In this document: positions 33,313 to 43,387 of the stretch, piece after piece
Layout of the letters: each line of letters starts with the position of its first letter
Position numbering within the stretch: position 1 is the stretch's first letter
DNA from: an uncultured Planctomycetaceae bacterium
GTDB taxonomy: Bacteria; Planctomycetota; Planctomycetia; Planctomycetales; Planctomycetaceae
Length of the DNA: 64,000 bases
NCBI GenBank assembly: GCA_963815195.1
Contig: CAWFGE010000015.1
Coordinates: 608,001-672,000 of the forward strand
Direction: 5' to 3'
Made by a program: the position numbers and the translations under genes
The notes under the pieces: generated by a model
The model's database searches: none
What the model was told of the DNA's origin: nothing
The model's input: the letters and a program-made list of their open reading frames with translations, nothing else

Positions 33313-33370
33313 GAGTTCCTGGTACGTCATCCCGACGGAATGGACCAGTTTCCCCTACCAGGATGAAATC

Positions 33371-34376
33371 ATGAAGCCGACTTGCTGCCTCTGCCTGCTG
33401 CTGTGGATTGCCACCGGGTGTACGTACAACCCCGTTCGCTTTGATCCGGTGACCGGATTCAACACCGGAGGCGGCGTGGGCGTTTTGTGCGGGGGACCTT
33501 TGGATCCGTGGATGCTGCATTGCTGCCCCGACTCGGACTGCTGCCTGTGCTCGTGCCTGAAGTCCTGCTTCTGCTCGCAGGAACCGTCTTGCCTGCCGGC
33601 TCCCGTGTGTGCTCCGATGTGCTCCCCCTCCCCGGTGTGTGCTCCGATGTGTTCTCCGGCTCCGGTGTGTGCTCCGTTTTGCCCCCCTGCCCCGGTGTGT
33701 GCTCCGGTTTGTCCGCCAGCCAACATGTATCCGTCTCCAGGGATGCCCTTGGGACCGACCGGCGTGGGGATGCCTTACCCTGGCCTGCCCGGCCTGCCTC
33801 CGACCGGCGGCATGATGCAGCCGGGGATTCCGATGTCCCAACAGTACGGCGTTCCGTCGTATCCGGGATCGGGTCCGGTTCCCACGTACGCGGAACCCCC
33901 CTGCCCCACTTGTGGTCCGCAGGCGTCGGCGATGGCTCCCGGTTATCCGCAAACCGTGCAAACGCCCCTGCCCGGCGTGACGAATTATCCGCAGTTGTTT
34001 CAGAATCCTCCGCCGGCCCCGCCCGCCGATGGCTTTATGATGCCCACGCCAATTCCCGAAGCCGAGCCTGCCTCCGTCCACCGGGCAACTTCCGCCGCAT
34101 TATCAAATGATGGAAACCCCGGCCGCTCCGCCCGCCGCCCCCCCAGCGGCGCCGCAGCCGACGCCCGCCAGGCCCATGCCCACGCTGGCTCCGAATCCGC
34201 AGGCCGCCCCGCAACCGAACCCCATGAGCGGCCAAGCCCCGGTCCAACAACCCACGCCCGCGACGACGCCGATGCCGATGGGAACCGATGCGGCCCACAA
34301 TTTCGCCCCGCCCGAAGTTCACCCCCGCTTGAAGTACGATGCCCGCCGGCAGCAATGGGTGCCCGTCCGCCTGTGA
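33371..34376 (+). CDS. Cys/Pro-rich putative lipoprotein (frameshift near 34080)
   Basis: LLLWIATGC leader, Cys cluster and four PVCAPxCxP repeats; the Pro-rich tail continues in ORF 34107..34376. Confidence 0.7.
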
Positions 34377-34501
34377 TGCCGAGCGGCGGCCTTTGTTGCT
34401 TTTCCCCAAGAAGTGCGATGTAATGCAAACTCGGCGGGATGGCGAGGTTTTACGCTCGGCATCCCATTTCGGGTTTGATGTTTCACGCGAGAGGGGACAG
34501 C

Positions 34502-35194
34502 ATGCGGCGCATGATTCTTTTCGGCACGATCTTGGGCTTTTGGGCGAGCGTTTCGCTGTGCGCGGCCGATCCGCCTTCCCCGTTCGCCAAGTGGGACAAG
34601 GCGATTTCCGCGTTCGAGGCCCAGGACCAAAAATCCCCGCCTCCCAAGGGGGCCGTGCTGTTCGTGGGCAGCTCGAGCATTCGGTTATGGAAGCTGGAAA
34701 AGAGTTTCCCCCATCTCCCGGCGATCAACCGGGGCTTCGGCGGTTCGGAAATCGCGGACTCGGTGCATTTCGCCGACCGCATCGTCCTCAAGTATGAGCC
34801 GAAGACGATCGTGTTCTACGCCGGCGACAACGACATCGCCCACGGCAAATCGCCCGAGCAGGTGGCAAAGGATTTTCAGGCATTCGTGAAGACCGTGCAC
34901 GAAAAACTGCCGAAGACAAAAATCCTGTTTATTGCCATCAAGCCCAGCCTCGCCCGCTGGAAGTTGGCCGAGACGATCCAAAAAGCCAATAACCTCATTC
35001 GCGCCCAATGCGAAAAGAACGAGCAGTTGGCCTTCATCGACGTGTGGAAGCCGATGCTCGGCGACGACGGCCGCCCGCGAGCCGAGTTGTTCCTCAAAGA
35101 CGGCCTGCACATGAACGAAAAAGGCTACCAGATCTGGGCGTCCCTGATCGAGCCGCGATTGCCCAAACAGGGCAAAGGCGAGCGGCCAGCGTAA
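34502..35194 (+). CDS. SGNH/GDSL hydrolase
   Basis: FVGSSS, NRGFGGS, YAGDND, DGLH. Confidence 0.92.
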   Translation: MRRMILFGTILGFWASVSLCAADPPSPFAKWDKAISAFEAQDQKSPPPKGAVLFVGSSSIRLWKLEKSFPHLPAINRGFGGSEIADSVHFADRIVLKYEPKTIVFYAGDNDIAHGKSPEQVAKDFQAFVKTVHEKLPKTKILFIAIKPSLARWKLAETIQKANNLIRAQCEKNEQLAFIDVWKPMLGDDGRPRAELFLKDGLHMNEKGYQIWASLIEPRLPKQGKGERPA

Positions 35195-35338
35195 GCTGGC
35201 TGATCGGGTTCGATTGCTTCCGTTGATTCGCAATTCTCTTCTCAAAAGATGAAAGCTTTCAGCAATCGAAGAGATCATTGGGGCTTACGCGGGCACCGAC
35301 CGAAGGTTGGTCCGCTCGCCGGTGCGAATGGATAGACA

Positions 35339-36372
35339 ATGCTCCAACGTTTTTTGCTGCTGTGGCTCACGCTGTTGTGTCTGGTGGCGGTGGCGTGGCC
35401 GGACATGCTCCACCACATGGGGTGCGAGCCGACCTTCGATCCGTTCGCGCTCACGAAGCCCTATCTCGGGCAGATGATTACCGCGACGATGTTCGCGATC
35501 GGCTGCCTCTTGCCCCGGGATGAAATCCGGCAAGTGCTCGCGCGGTGGCCCAGTGTCCTCGGCGGGACGGCGGTGCAATACGGGACGATGCCTTTGATCG
35601 CGTGGGGCTTCGGAACCCTGGCGGGACTCTCCGAGGAGTGGATGCTCGGCGTGATTCTCGTGGGCAGTGTGCCGGGGGCGATGGCGTCGAACGTGCTCAC
35701 GCTCGCGGCGCGGGGCAACGTGAGCTACTCCGTCAGCCTGACCACGACCGCCACCCTGCTCTCCCCGGTTGCCGTGCCTTTGATTTTGTTCCTCGCGTTA
35801 AACCAGACGGACATCGACGCGGCCGACCTGCGCAGCGGGCGTTTTGGGACTTGTTGCTCCAGGTGTTTTTGCCCGTGGTCGCCGGGCATTTTTTGGCGAG
35901 GAACGTGTCCCGCATCGAAGACTGGAGCCGGCGGTTCGCCCCGAGGGTTGCGAACGTGGTGATCCTGTGGATCATCGCCGTGGTCGTGAATGCCAACCAC
36001 GACGATTTGACCGAACCGCTCGATCACAGCCGGCTCGTGCTCGTGACGGTGCTGTTGGGAATCAATCTCGTGGGCTATGCGGCCGGTTACGCGGGCGGGC
36101 GGATCATGGGGTTGCCGAGCGGAAAACGCCGGGCCCTGACTTTGGAGATCGGCATGCAAAACGCGGGACTGGGGGCGACGCTGGCCTCGCGGCTGTTCTC
36201 GTCGTTGCCCGCCGTGGCGCTGCCGACGGCGTTATACACCTTCGGCTGCATGCTCACGGGCACGATCCTCGCCCAATACTGGTCCCGCCGGGACTTGGGA
36301 GAGGCTTCGATAGAGAACTCGGACGATCCAAGCCAAAGTTCAAATCTCGACGCACATCCCGAAGTCCCCTGA
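35339..36372 (+). CDS. Bile acid:sodium symporter family protein (frameshift near 35830)
   Basis: PGAMASNV, GNVSYSVSLT, EIGMQNAGLG. Confidence 0.9.
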
Positions 36373-36387
36373 CCTGTTTGGGGTCGG

Positions 36388-38039
36388 TCAGCGTTGTTTC
36401 GGTCCCACATCGAGAACTTCCAGTTCCGCGAATTTGCCGGTGCTCATGTTGGCTCCGCCGACCATGAGGAGGCGATGTTTGTCCAAGGGCAGCATGCGGT
36501 GGAAGAAGCGAGCGGTCGGGGTTTCTTGGACGATTTCCCAGTGGTCGCCGGCTTTATTGAGCTTTTGCAACGTGCCTTTGATGGTGCTCACATAGAGGTC
36601 TCCGCCCGCAGCGAAAGCGGCGCTGCCGAAGCCCGTGATCGGATCTTCGCCTTGGAGCTCGCCGGCTTGGGACCAGGTTTGAGTTTTGGGGTCGAACACA
36701 TCCACGCGCTTCGTGGGGCCGGCTTCTTCCTGCATCCCGCCGATGGCGTAGATCTTGCCCTCGTAAGCGGCCACCGAAAGCTGCGCGGCGCTTAAACGGC
36801 GGATCGGGCAGCGGCTTCCATGCGGGCTTCTCTTCGGAAAGGTCCAACTTCCAAGCGGTTTTGTGCCATTGGCTCTCGGCTTCGCCTTTGAGCTCCCAAC
36901 CGCCGACGACATAAATCGAATCGCCGAGCACCGCCGCATCGAACGAAGACCGCGGTTCGGGCAAGTCAGGCATCTCCTGCCATTGGTTGGTCTTCGGATC
37001 AAACTTTGCCACCGACGCCTGGGACCACAGATCGTGCTTTTCGCCCTCGGCGTTTTTCGCGATGAACCCGCCGATGCGATACACGGTCCCGTCGTGCGCC
37101 ACCAAAGCCAGACCCTGCAAATGCGGTCCTTTCGCCAGCGTTTCCCATTTCGATGGGCTGTCGAGCTTCAGCCGCCGGAGCACGTTGCCCTGCTCTTTGA
37201 TGGAATAAGAATGGGCGCCTCCCGTGTGTCCGCCGTAGGTATAAAGCTGCCCCTCGGCAATGGCGGCCCCGAAGCTCGTGACCATTTCGGGAAGGTCGGG
37301 GTACGGACGTTTCGTTTTGGGAACATTCACAGTTGAACCTGTTTCACCCACGGGGAGCGCCAGCGTGACGTAGTTTCGGATCTCGGCGTACTCTTTGCCA
37401 GCCTGTTTCCCGGATTTTTTTTCGACAAGCTTGACGCGAATACAATGCAGACCGGCTTCGCCAGGTTGGAATGTGAACGTCCCCGTTTTATTGGTTTCGC
37501 CTTCGATATCATCTTTGCCGGGACGGGCAACGGTGTATTCGGCGCCTTGAGCGGGCTTGCCTTGCCAGAGAACCCGGACGGCGATCCGGTCGCGTTGGCG
37601 TTCCGGGACGAGGTCCAACTCCAAAGGTTTTTCAGGTTTGATCTTCCAAGCGGGGCGGGAAACCTCCGGCCCCGTCTTGGCGAAGTAGCGCAGCAAAAAC
37701 GTCTTCCCGCCGCGGTCGAGCACCCCGAAATCGTGGGTCGCGACGAAGACCGAATTCCGGTGCGCGGGTTTTCCATTTTGGCAATTAAGTCATCCTTCGT
37801 TCGCGTCAACGCCAAGGGCTCGGCTTTGCCATCGCGCAGCACGCGGGAGACCTTGGCCTTCTCCGCGTACTTCAGCAACTCGGGATCGTCGGGCTCGGCC
37901 GACTCGCTGAAGTAAACGTGCAGCTGACCGTCGTCTCCGGCGGCCAGCCAAATGAAATGGGCCTGCGCCAGCGCGGCATAAAAAGGACCGCGCCCAATAC
38001 CAGTCCGCAGGACACACAGCGGGAAATTCGTGTCATCAT
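36388..38039 (-). CDS. Secreted DUF4198-like plus Kelch-repeat protein (several frameshifts)
   Basis: AQAHFIWL...YFSE N-terminus, LLRYFAK, VRVLWQGKP; Kelch blades YTYGGH, YRIGG, YVVGGW, YAIGG. Confidence 0.75.
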
Positions 38040-38129
38040 ACGCTTTCCTAAAAAATCGGGGAGAGAACATTCGCGGAAATTCGCCAGATTCCAAACCGCC
38101 GGCGGAACGAGCCAAGCGATCGTTCGCGA

Positions 38130-38408
38130 TCAACGTCCGGGCGTGCCGGGGATGTCTTTTTTGCGCTCCGGAATCACGGTGTCTTTCATAAACTTGTCCC
38201 AGCCGGTGCGGGTTTTGAGTTCCTTGTTGCCTTGTTTGAGCCTCTCGAAGCTGCCCGCGTCGTACTTCACGGCGACGGGCAACTCTTTCCATTTCTCGAC
38301 GGTCAATGGGCCTTTGTTCGCGGCATTGGGATCCGGTTTCGTCTCGGAGGTCCCGCAGCCTACGCCGGCCAGCACCAACGCCAGCCAGAGGATTCGGACC
38401 GCTTTCAT
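38130..38408 (-). CDS. Small lipoprotein
   Basis: MKAVRILWLALVLAGVGC lipobox; follows the DUF1559 gene. Confidence 0.7.
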   Translation of the reverse strand: MKAVRILWLALVLAGVGCGTSETKPDPNAANKGPLTVEKWKELPVAVKYDAGSFERLKQGNKELKTRTGWDKFMKDTVIPERKKDIPGTPGR

Positions 38409-38428
38409 TGTATGCGCCGCCTTTCTGT

Positions 38429-39376
38429 TTAATCGAGGCTGACGACTTCGCGGCCCGCCCGCGTTGCGAGCGCATTGTAAATCGCCGGCGAAGTGTTTTC
38501 GGAGACAAACCGCACGGCACCGTCGCCAAACGCGAAATTGACGCCTCCCACATGCCGGCTGCGAAAGGCCCCGTAAACCGGCGACGCATTGTCGTGCCGA
38601 CTGAGGCCGTGGTAGGTCGAGCCCCACGCATACAGGTAGCCGTAAGCCCAGATGCAGGCGATGTCCGTGGTGGGGGTGCCGTTCGGGGCAAAGTCGGTTT
38701 CCCCCATCAGGAAGGTGTTGGACAATCCATCCGTCACGTCGCGGATTTTCGCGGGCTGGCGGTTGTTGGGTCCCGGTCCGCTCGAGGGGACGACGGTTTT
38801 GATCGGAATCACCGCCCCATTGTTGGCCGGTTCCGGAATGCCATAGTAAATCGCGTAATGAAACAGCGTGATGTCATCAGTCCCGGAACTCCACAAATAA
38901 CTGGCAGGCGCGCGGTTCTCCGGGAGTTGTCCGGGGGGCAGCACCATCGTCGGACATAAGAGCGTGGGGATCAACTGCTGCTGCAAGAGGGCGTTGGACC
39001 AGCCATCGCCGTCGTTGTCCACGGTGCTGTTGCGGGGCTGATTCGGATCCCAGCGCTGGGCGATGTTGTCCTGTTCCAGGAACGGCAAGATCTGAATCTG
39101 CCCCGTCATCCAGGTGTCGCCGTCGTCACCTTCCTTGCGGTCGCGGGTCGCATAAGGCAGTTCTTTAAACGTCTCTTCGAAGTTGTGCGTGGCGAGAGCA
39201 ATCTGCTTGAGATTGTTTTTGCAAGATGTTCGCCGGGCTGCCTCGCGCGCCTGCTGCACCGCGGGCAGCAACAGGGCGATGAGGATGGCGATAATCGCAA
39301 TCACCACCAGCAATTCAATCAGGGTAAACCCGCGGCGGCACGATGGGCGGGGCGATGGGGGGATGGACCGGCGCAT
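38429..39376 (-). CDS. DUF1559 prepilin-type protein
   Basis: [34 protein letters not shown]...[25 protein letters not shown]. Confidence 0.95.
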   Translation of the reverse strand: MRRSIPPSPRPSCRRGFTLIELLVVIAIIAILIALLLPAVQQAREAARRTSCKNNLKQIALATHNFEETFKELPYATRDRKEGDDGDTWMTGQIQILPFLEQDNIAQRWDPNQPRNSTVDNDGDGWSNALLQQQLIPTLLCPTMVLPPGQLPENRAPASYLWSSGTDDITLFHYAIYYGIPEPANNGAVIPIKTVVPSSGPGPNNRQPAKIRDVTDGLSNTFLMGETDFAPNGTPTTDIACIWAYGYLYAWGSTYHGLSRHDNASPVYGAFRSRHVGGVNFAFGDGAVRFVSENTSPAIYNALATRAGREVVSLD

Positions 39377-39487
39377 GTCGGCTCCGACAGAAGACCACTT
39401 TGGACAAGCGTCTTCTCACGCCGAGAAGACCGCTCAAACCAAAGCATGGCTGGCTGCCGGAGAGGTGGCTGGCTGAAGCTTCAGTTG

Positions 39488-39539
39488 TGAGACTGAGTCT
39501 CAATCTCAGTATTCTGCCCTGGCATGATCGCGGTGTCAA
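39488..39539 (-). promoter_or_regulatory. sigma70-like promoter with a 7-1-7 Fur-like operator
   Basis: Minus-strand TTGACA-N17-CAGAAT, followed by the perfect palindrome TGAGACT-N-AGTCTCA (39488-39502). Confidence 0.65.
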
Positions 39540-39627
39540 CCCGCCGAAGGCTTTTTCCGGATTTTTTTCAGGACCTGTCCCATCCCACGCAAATCACGAC
39601 AAACGGACCCAGCCGCCGCGATGCGTT

Positions 39628-40605
39628 TTATGGGCTGGGCGAATCGTCCGGCCCCAAGAGATCCGGGGTGCACATCAATTCCTCGTGGGCGCGGAGTTCC
39701 AGCACTTTGCGCTTGAGGGCCCGCCTGAGTTCCATGCAGCGTTTGACGGCGTCTTCGTAATCGTCGTAAGCCCGGCTGATGGAACCGGGGGTCACGGCTT
39801 CCTGGGCGATGGAGCGGCTGAGGGCCGAGAGCACCTTGTCCAAATCGTGCTTCAAAAACTCCACGAGTTCCCCCGAAGCGGTTTCGATGCTCTGGGTGAG
39901 CTGATAAATCGTGGCCCGGTCCTGCAGGCGTTCTTCATCGGTCAGCGCGCGGTCGGTCTGCAAACGGGCGGCTCCCTGGATCATCGATTCGTCCACCAAC
40001 CGGCCGAAGGGATTGGCCGCTTGTTTCGATTCGTCCTGCTCGGCCCGGGCCCGCTCCAGGCCGCGCTGGGCGGCGCGAAAATCGGGATTGATTTTCAGGG
40101 CTTGTTCGTAATGCTCGACGGCCTGCTTGAGCTGCCCCTGTTCTAAAAGCACATTCCCCAGGTTCTGGTGGGCCTCGGCCATTTGGGGGTCGATGCGAAG
40201 CGCTTCGCGGTACGCCCAGGCGGACATCGCCAGATCGCCCAGATGCCGCTGCGCGATGCCCATGTTGTAGTAGCCGTGGCTGCTGTTTTTGTCCTTCTGG
40301 ATCGCCTTGCGGAGGATGCTCGCGGCCTCGGCGTGCTTGCCCAGCTTATTGTACATCGCTCCCAGGTTGACCATCGCGTTGGCGTTCTGCGGGGCGATCC
40401 GCAGGATGTGCTCCAACTGCTCCGCCGCGAGCCCGTGTTCCTTGGCGAGTATGTAAGCCGACGTCAACGACTCGTGCAGCTTGACGTTGAACTCGTCCAA
40501 GGCAATCGCCTGTTTAAAGAGGGCGATTGCCTCGTCAAACCGGCGGGATTTGAGGCAGCGTTTGGCCTGGTCGATCAACGGCGGAACTTCCGGGACGGAA
40601 CTCAT
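39628..40605 (-). CDS. Tetratricopeptide repeat protein
   Basis: NAMVNLG, YYNMG, AHQNLGN...ALKINPD TPR patterns. Confidence 0.9.
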   Translation of the reverse strand: MSSVPEVPPLIDQAKRCLKSRRFDEAIALFKQAIALDEFNVKLHESLTSAYILAKEHGLAAEQLEHILRIAPQNANAMVNLGAMYNKLGKHAEAASILRKAIQKDKNSSHGYYNMGIAQRHLGDLAMSAWAYREALRIDPQMAEAHQNLGNVLLEQGQLKQAVEHYEQALKINPDFRAAQRGLERARAEQDESKQAANPFGRLVDESMIQGAARLQTDRALTDEERLQDRATIYQLTQSIETASGELVEFLKHDLDKVLSALSRSIAQEAVTPGSISRAYDDYEDAVKRCMELRRALKRKVLELRAHEELMCTPDLLGPDDSPSP

Positions 40606-40622
40606 GCGAGGACACTCCCAAG

Positions 40623-40688
40623 GTGAGCGGCACGGCGCGAGCCGCCGGTTTTGTGTGCGGAACCGGCGGCTCGCGCCGTGCCGCTCAT
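40623..40688. repeat. GTGAGCGG-type REP perfect hairpin
   Basis: TGAGCGGCACGGCGCGAGCCGCCGGTT ... AACCGGCGGCTCGCGCCGTGCCGCTCA. Confidence 0.9.
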
Positions 40689-40717
40689 AAAGATGAAGAA
40701 TGGGGCGGTCTCTCAGT

Positions 40718-40951
40718 CTATCGTAAAGAGATCAGCTTGCTCTTGTCGCCGGGGTGGAAGTCGATCTTTTGTTCGCGGGCCAGCCAGCCGACGCCCTGCA
40801 TGACTAGGTCGCGCGGGGCGTTGATTTCGCGGGCCAGTTTGCTGAGCGTGACGGGGCCTTTCTGGTCGAGATATTCCCAAACCAGCCCGGCCACGGTGCC
40901 AATGCTTTCCACTTGATGGGGCAGGATTTCTGCCGCGGTCGTCGTTGCCAT
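40718..40951 (-). CDS. Small winged-helix protein (DUF2582-like)
   Basis: IGTVAGLVWEYL...GVGWLAREQKI; AGGAG RBS. Confidence 0.85.
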   Translation of the reverse strand: MATTTAAEILPHQVESIGTVAGLVWEYLDQKGPVTLSKLAREINAPRDLVMQGVGWLAREQKIDFHPGDKSKLISLR

Positions 40952-40977
40952 GGATTTGATGTCTCCTAAATCAAAAC

Positions 40978-41988
40978 TCACCGCATTATAGAGCCAACGG
41001 ATTCTCCAACGCAAAGCCGTAGGGCGGCGGATGTTTTGACGTTGATTCGTTGGAGCGTCCCGCCCGCGCCTCCGATCAGAAGCTGTGTGCCATCCGGATT
41101 GGCCAAAAGACAATAAGGCGTTCGGATCGTCGACTCGATCGTCGAGCGGACGGTCAACGTGTCCGGTTCGATGATCCGCACCTGTCCCGCGTCGTCCGCG
41201 ACAAACAGGAATCGGCCGTCCGGCGACCACGCGGCCGCGAGCGGAACCGCGGACTCCAGGCGAAGAAAACGCACCATGCGGCCGATGGTGGGCTGCCACA
41301 ACCGAATCGTGCGGTCCGTGCCGACGGAGGCGATCATCGGCAGGGCTTTGTCATCGCCCGCCGGGCGGACCGCGAGATCGCGAACGGGTTTCGTGTGATT
41401 GTTTAAGGACCTGATGAGGTTTCCGGATTGGGCGTCCCAGACGCGGAGGGTGTGGTCGTGGCCCGCGGAGACGAGCGTTTGCTGATCGGGCAAGAGCCCC
41501 AAGGCCCGCACCGGCTGCGAATGGCCCGTGAACCGCCGCTCGATCTTTCCCGAACTCGCGGAGACTTTGAGCGCGTCTCCATCATGCCCCGCGGTAAAAA
41601 TCGTTTGCGAATCCGCGCTCCACGCGACGGCATAGACGAGATCGCTGTGGAGGGAAAGTGTTTTCAGCTTTTCAAACGCCGGCCAGGTCCACAGTTCCAG
41701 AATGCCGTCTTCACCGGGCGTGCCGCCCGCCGCCGCGAGCGTTTTGCCGTCGGGGGAAAACGCCAGGCCATGGATCTGCTCCAGCTTCGTGGGCAGGGAT
41801 TTTGTTTCCTTGAGCGCGGGCCAGGCGTATTGTTTGAGGCCCGCCTGCGAACCCGCGAGAACGGAGGTGCCTTGGGGCTCAAACGCGATCGCGGTGATCG
41901 GCGGCTCCGCAGCCCTGACCACTTGACAGAGGCAAACGATCCAACTCCAGACGAACGGCCAAGACATGTTGCGAAGAAGTTTTCCCAT
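40978..41988 (-). CDS. WD40 repeat protein
   Basis: LAFSPDG, GHSQPV, DHTLRVWD, DRTIRLW. Confidence 0.9.
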   Translation of the reverse strand: MGKLLRNMSWPFVWSWIVCLCQVVRAAEPPITAIAFEPQGTSVLAGSQAGLKQYAWPALKETKSLPTKLEQIHGLAFSPDGKTLAAAGGTPGEDGILELWTWPAFEKLKTLSLHSDLVYAVAWSADSQTIFTAGHDGDALKVSASSGKIERRFTGHSQPVRALGLLPDQQTLVSAGHDHTLRVWDAQSGNLIRSLNNHTKPVRDLAVRPAGDDKALPMIASVGTDRTIRLWQPTIGRMVRFLRLESAVPLAAAWSPDGRFLFVADDAGQVRIIEPDTLTVRSTIESTIRTPYCLLANPDGTQLLIGGAGGTLQRINVKTSAALRLCVGESVGSIMR

Positions 41989-43343
41989 CAGGTGAGGAGT
42001 TCCGTAATCAATTCGCCGTCGCGGTTGATGCGAATCGGCCGGCCGTCGGGCGTGTGAAATTCGCGTTCGGGATCGATGCCCAGCAAATGATAGATCGTAT
42101 GGGCGAGGTCGGCGGGCGTCACCGGCCGGTTTTTGGGGCTTTCGCCGGTTTTGTCACTGGCCCCGATGACTTGCCCGCCCCGCACGCCGCCGCCCGCCAA
42201 CAGCACGCTGAATACCCGCGGCCAGTGGTCGCGGCCCGCGGACGTGTTGAGCTTGGGCGTCCGGCCGAATTCGCCCATCACCAACACCAGCGTACTCTGG
42301 AGCAGTTCTCTCGCTTTGAGGTCCTCCAAGAGCGCGGCGAGCGCGGTATCGAGAGAAGGAATCAAACCCACCGGAACCTTCGCGCCGGTGAAGCCGTCTT
42401 TCAAGCGGGTCACGAGATCCTGGTGCGTGTCCCAGCCGCGGTTGTTGACGGTGACGAACGGCACGCCGCGTTCGATCAGCCGGCGGGCCAACAGGCAGCT
42501 TTGGCCGATGGTTTTCCGCCCGTAGCGATCGCGGACGGCCGGCGGCTCTTCCTTCAAATCGAACGCCCGCTTCGCGTCCGGGGAATTGACGAGCCGAAAC
42601 GCCTGCTCAAACTCGGACGATTCGGGCGGCGATTTCGTTTCGTTGAGGCTGCGGTTCCAACGGTCGAGTTCCGAGACGAACTCTTGCCGGCGGCGGATTC
42701 GCGCGGCGGAAAGACCCGGAGCGAACTCCAGATCGCGGACTTCAAAATCCGCCCGTGCGGGATCGCCGCCGATGGAAAACGGAGCCGCGGTTGCGGGAAG
42801 AAATCCCTGCCCGCTCAGCCGGCCGCCGCCCACGCGAAAATCGGGCATGGCAATGAAGTGTGGCAGCACGGGCTTTTGCGTTTGCAGATGGCTGAGCACC
42901 GCGCCGTAGGTCGGGTATTCGATCACCGGCGTGGGGCGATAGCCGGTAAGCATGTACTGGGTGCCGAAGTTGTGTTCGCCGAGCGGGGACGTGACCGACC
43001 GCACAATCGCCAGGTCGTTCATGCGGGCGGCGGTTTGGGGCAGAAGCTCGCATACCGCGACGCCGGGCACGGCGGAAGAAATCGTCCCGAACGGGCCGCG
43101 GACTTCGCGGGGGGCGTCGGGTTTGGGATCGAACGTCTCCAGATGGCTTGGCCCGCCGTCGAGCCAAATCAAAATGCAAGACCGCAGCGTTCGGGCGGGC
43201 GAATTCCCCTCGGCCCCTTTGAGAGACTGATGGCGAAACCAACCCGGGAGCGACAATCCCAAGGTTGTCAGACTCCCGACGGTCAACACATCCCGCCGGG
43301 TGGCCAGGCGGCCGCGTTCAAAAGAATTCAGAGGGTTTAACAT
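41988..43343 (-). CDS. DUF1501 domain protein
   Basis: WLDGGPSHLETFDPKP, LLARRLIERGV, GEFGRTP, GRDHW. Confidence 0.92.
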   Translation of the reverse strand: MLNPLNSFERGRLATRRDVLTVGSLTTLGLSLPGWFRHQSLKGAEGNSPARTLRSCILIWLDGGPSHLETFDPKPDAPREVRGPFGTISSAVPGVAVCELLPQTAARMNDLAIVRSVTSPLGEHNFGTQYMLTGYRPTPVIEYPTYGAVLSHLQTQKPVLPHFIAMPDFRVGGGRLSGQGFLPATAAPFSIGGDPARADFEVRDLEFAPGLSAARIRRRQEFVSELDRWNRSLNETKSPPESSEFEQAFRLVNSPDAKRAFDLKEEPPAVRDRYGRKTIGQSCLLARRLIERGVPFVTVNNRGWDTHQDLVTRLKDGFTGAKVPVGLIPSLDTALAALLEDLKARELLQSTLVLVMGEFGRTPKLNTSAGRDHWPRVFSVLLAGGGVRGGQVIGASDKTGESPKNRPVTPADLAHTIYHLLGIDPEREFHTPDGRPIRINRDGELITELLT

Positions 43344-43387
43344 GTCTCACCTCGGTCGTGGGAGATGATCCCTTGAGAAAGTCCCGG

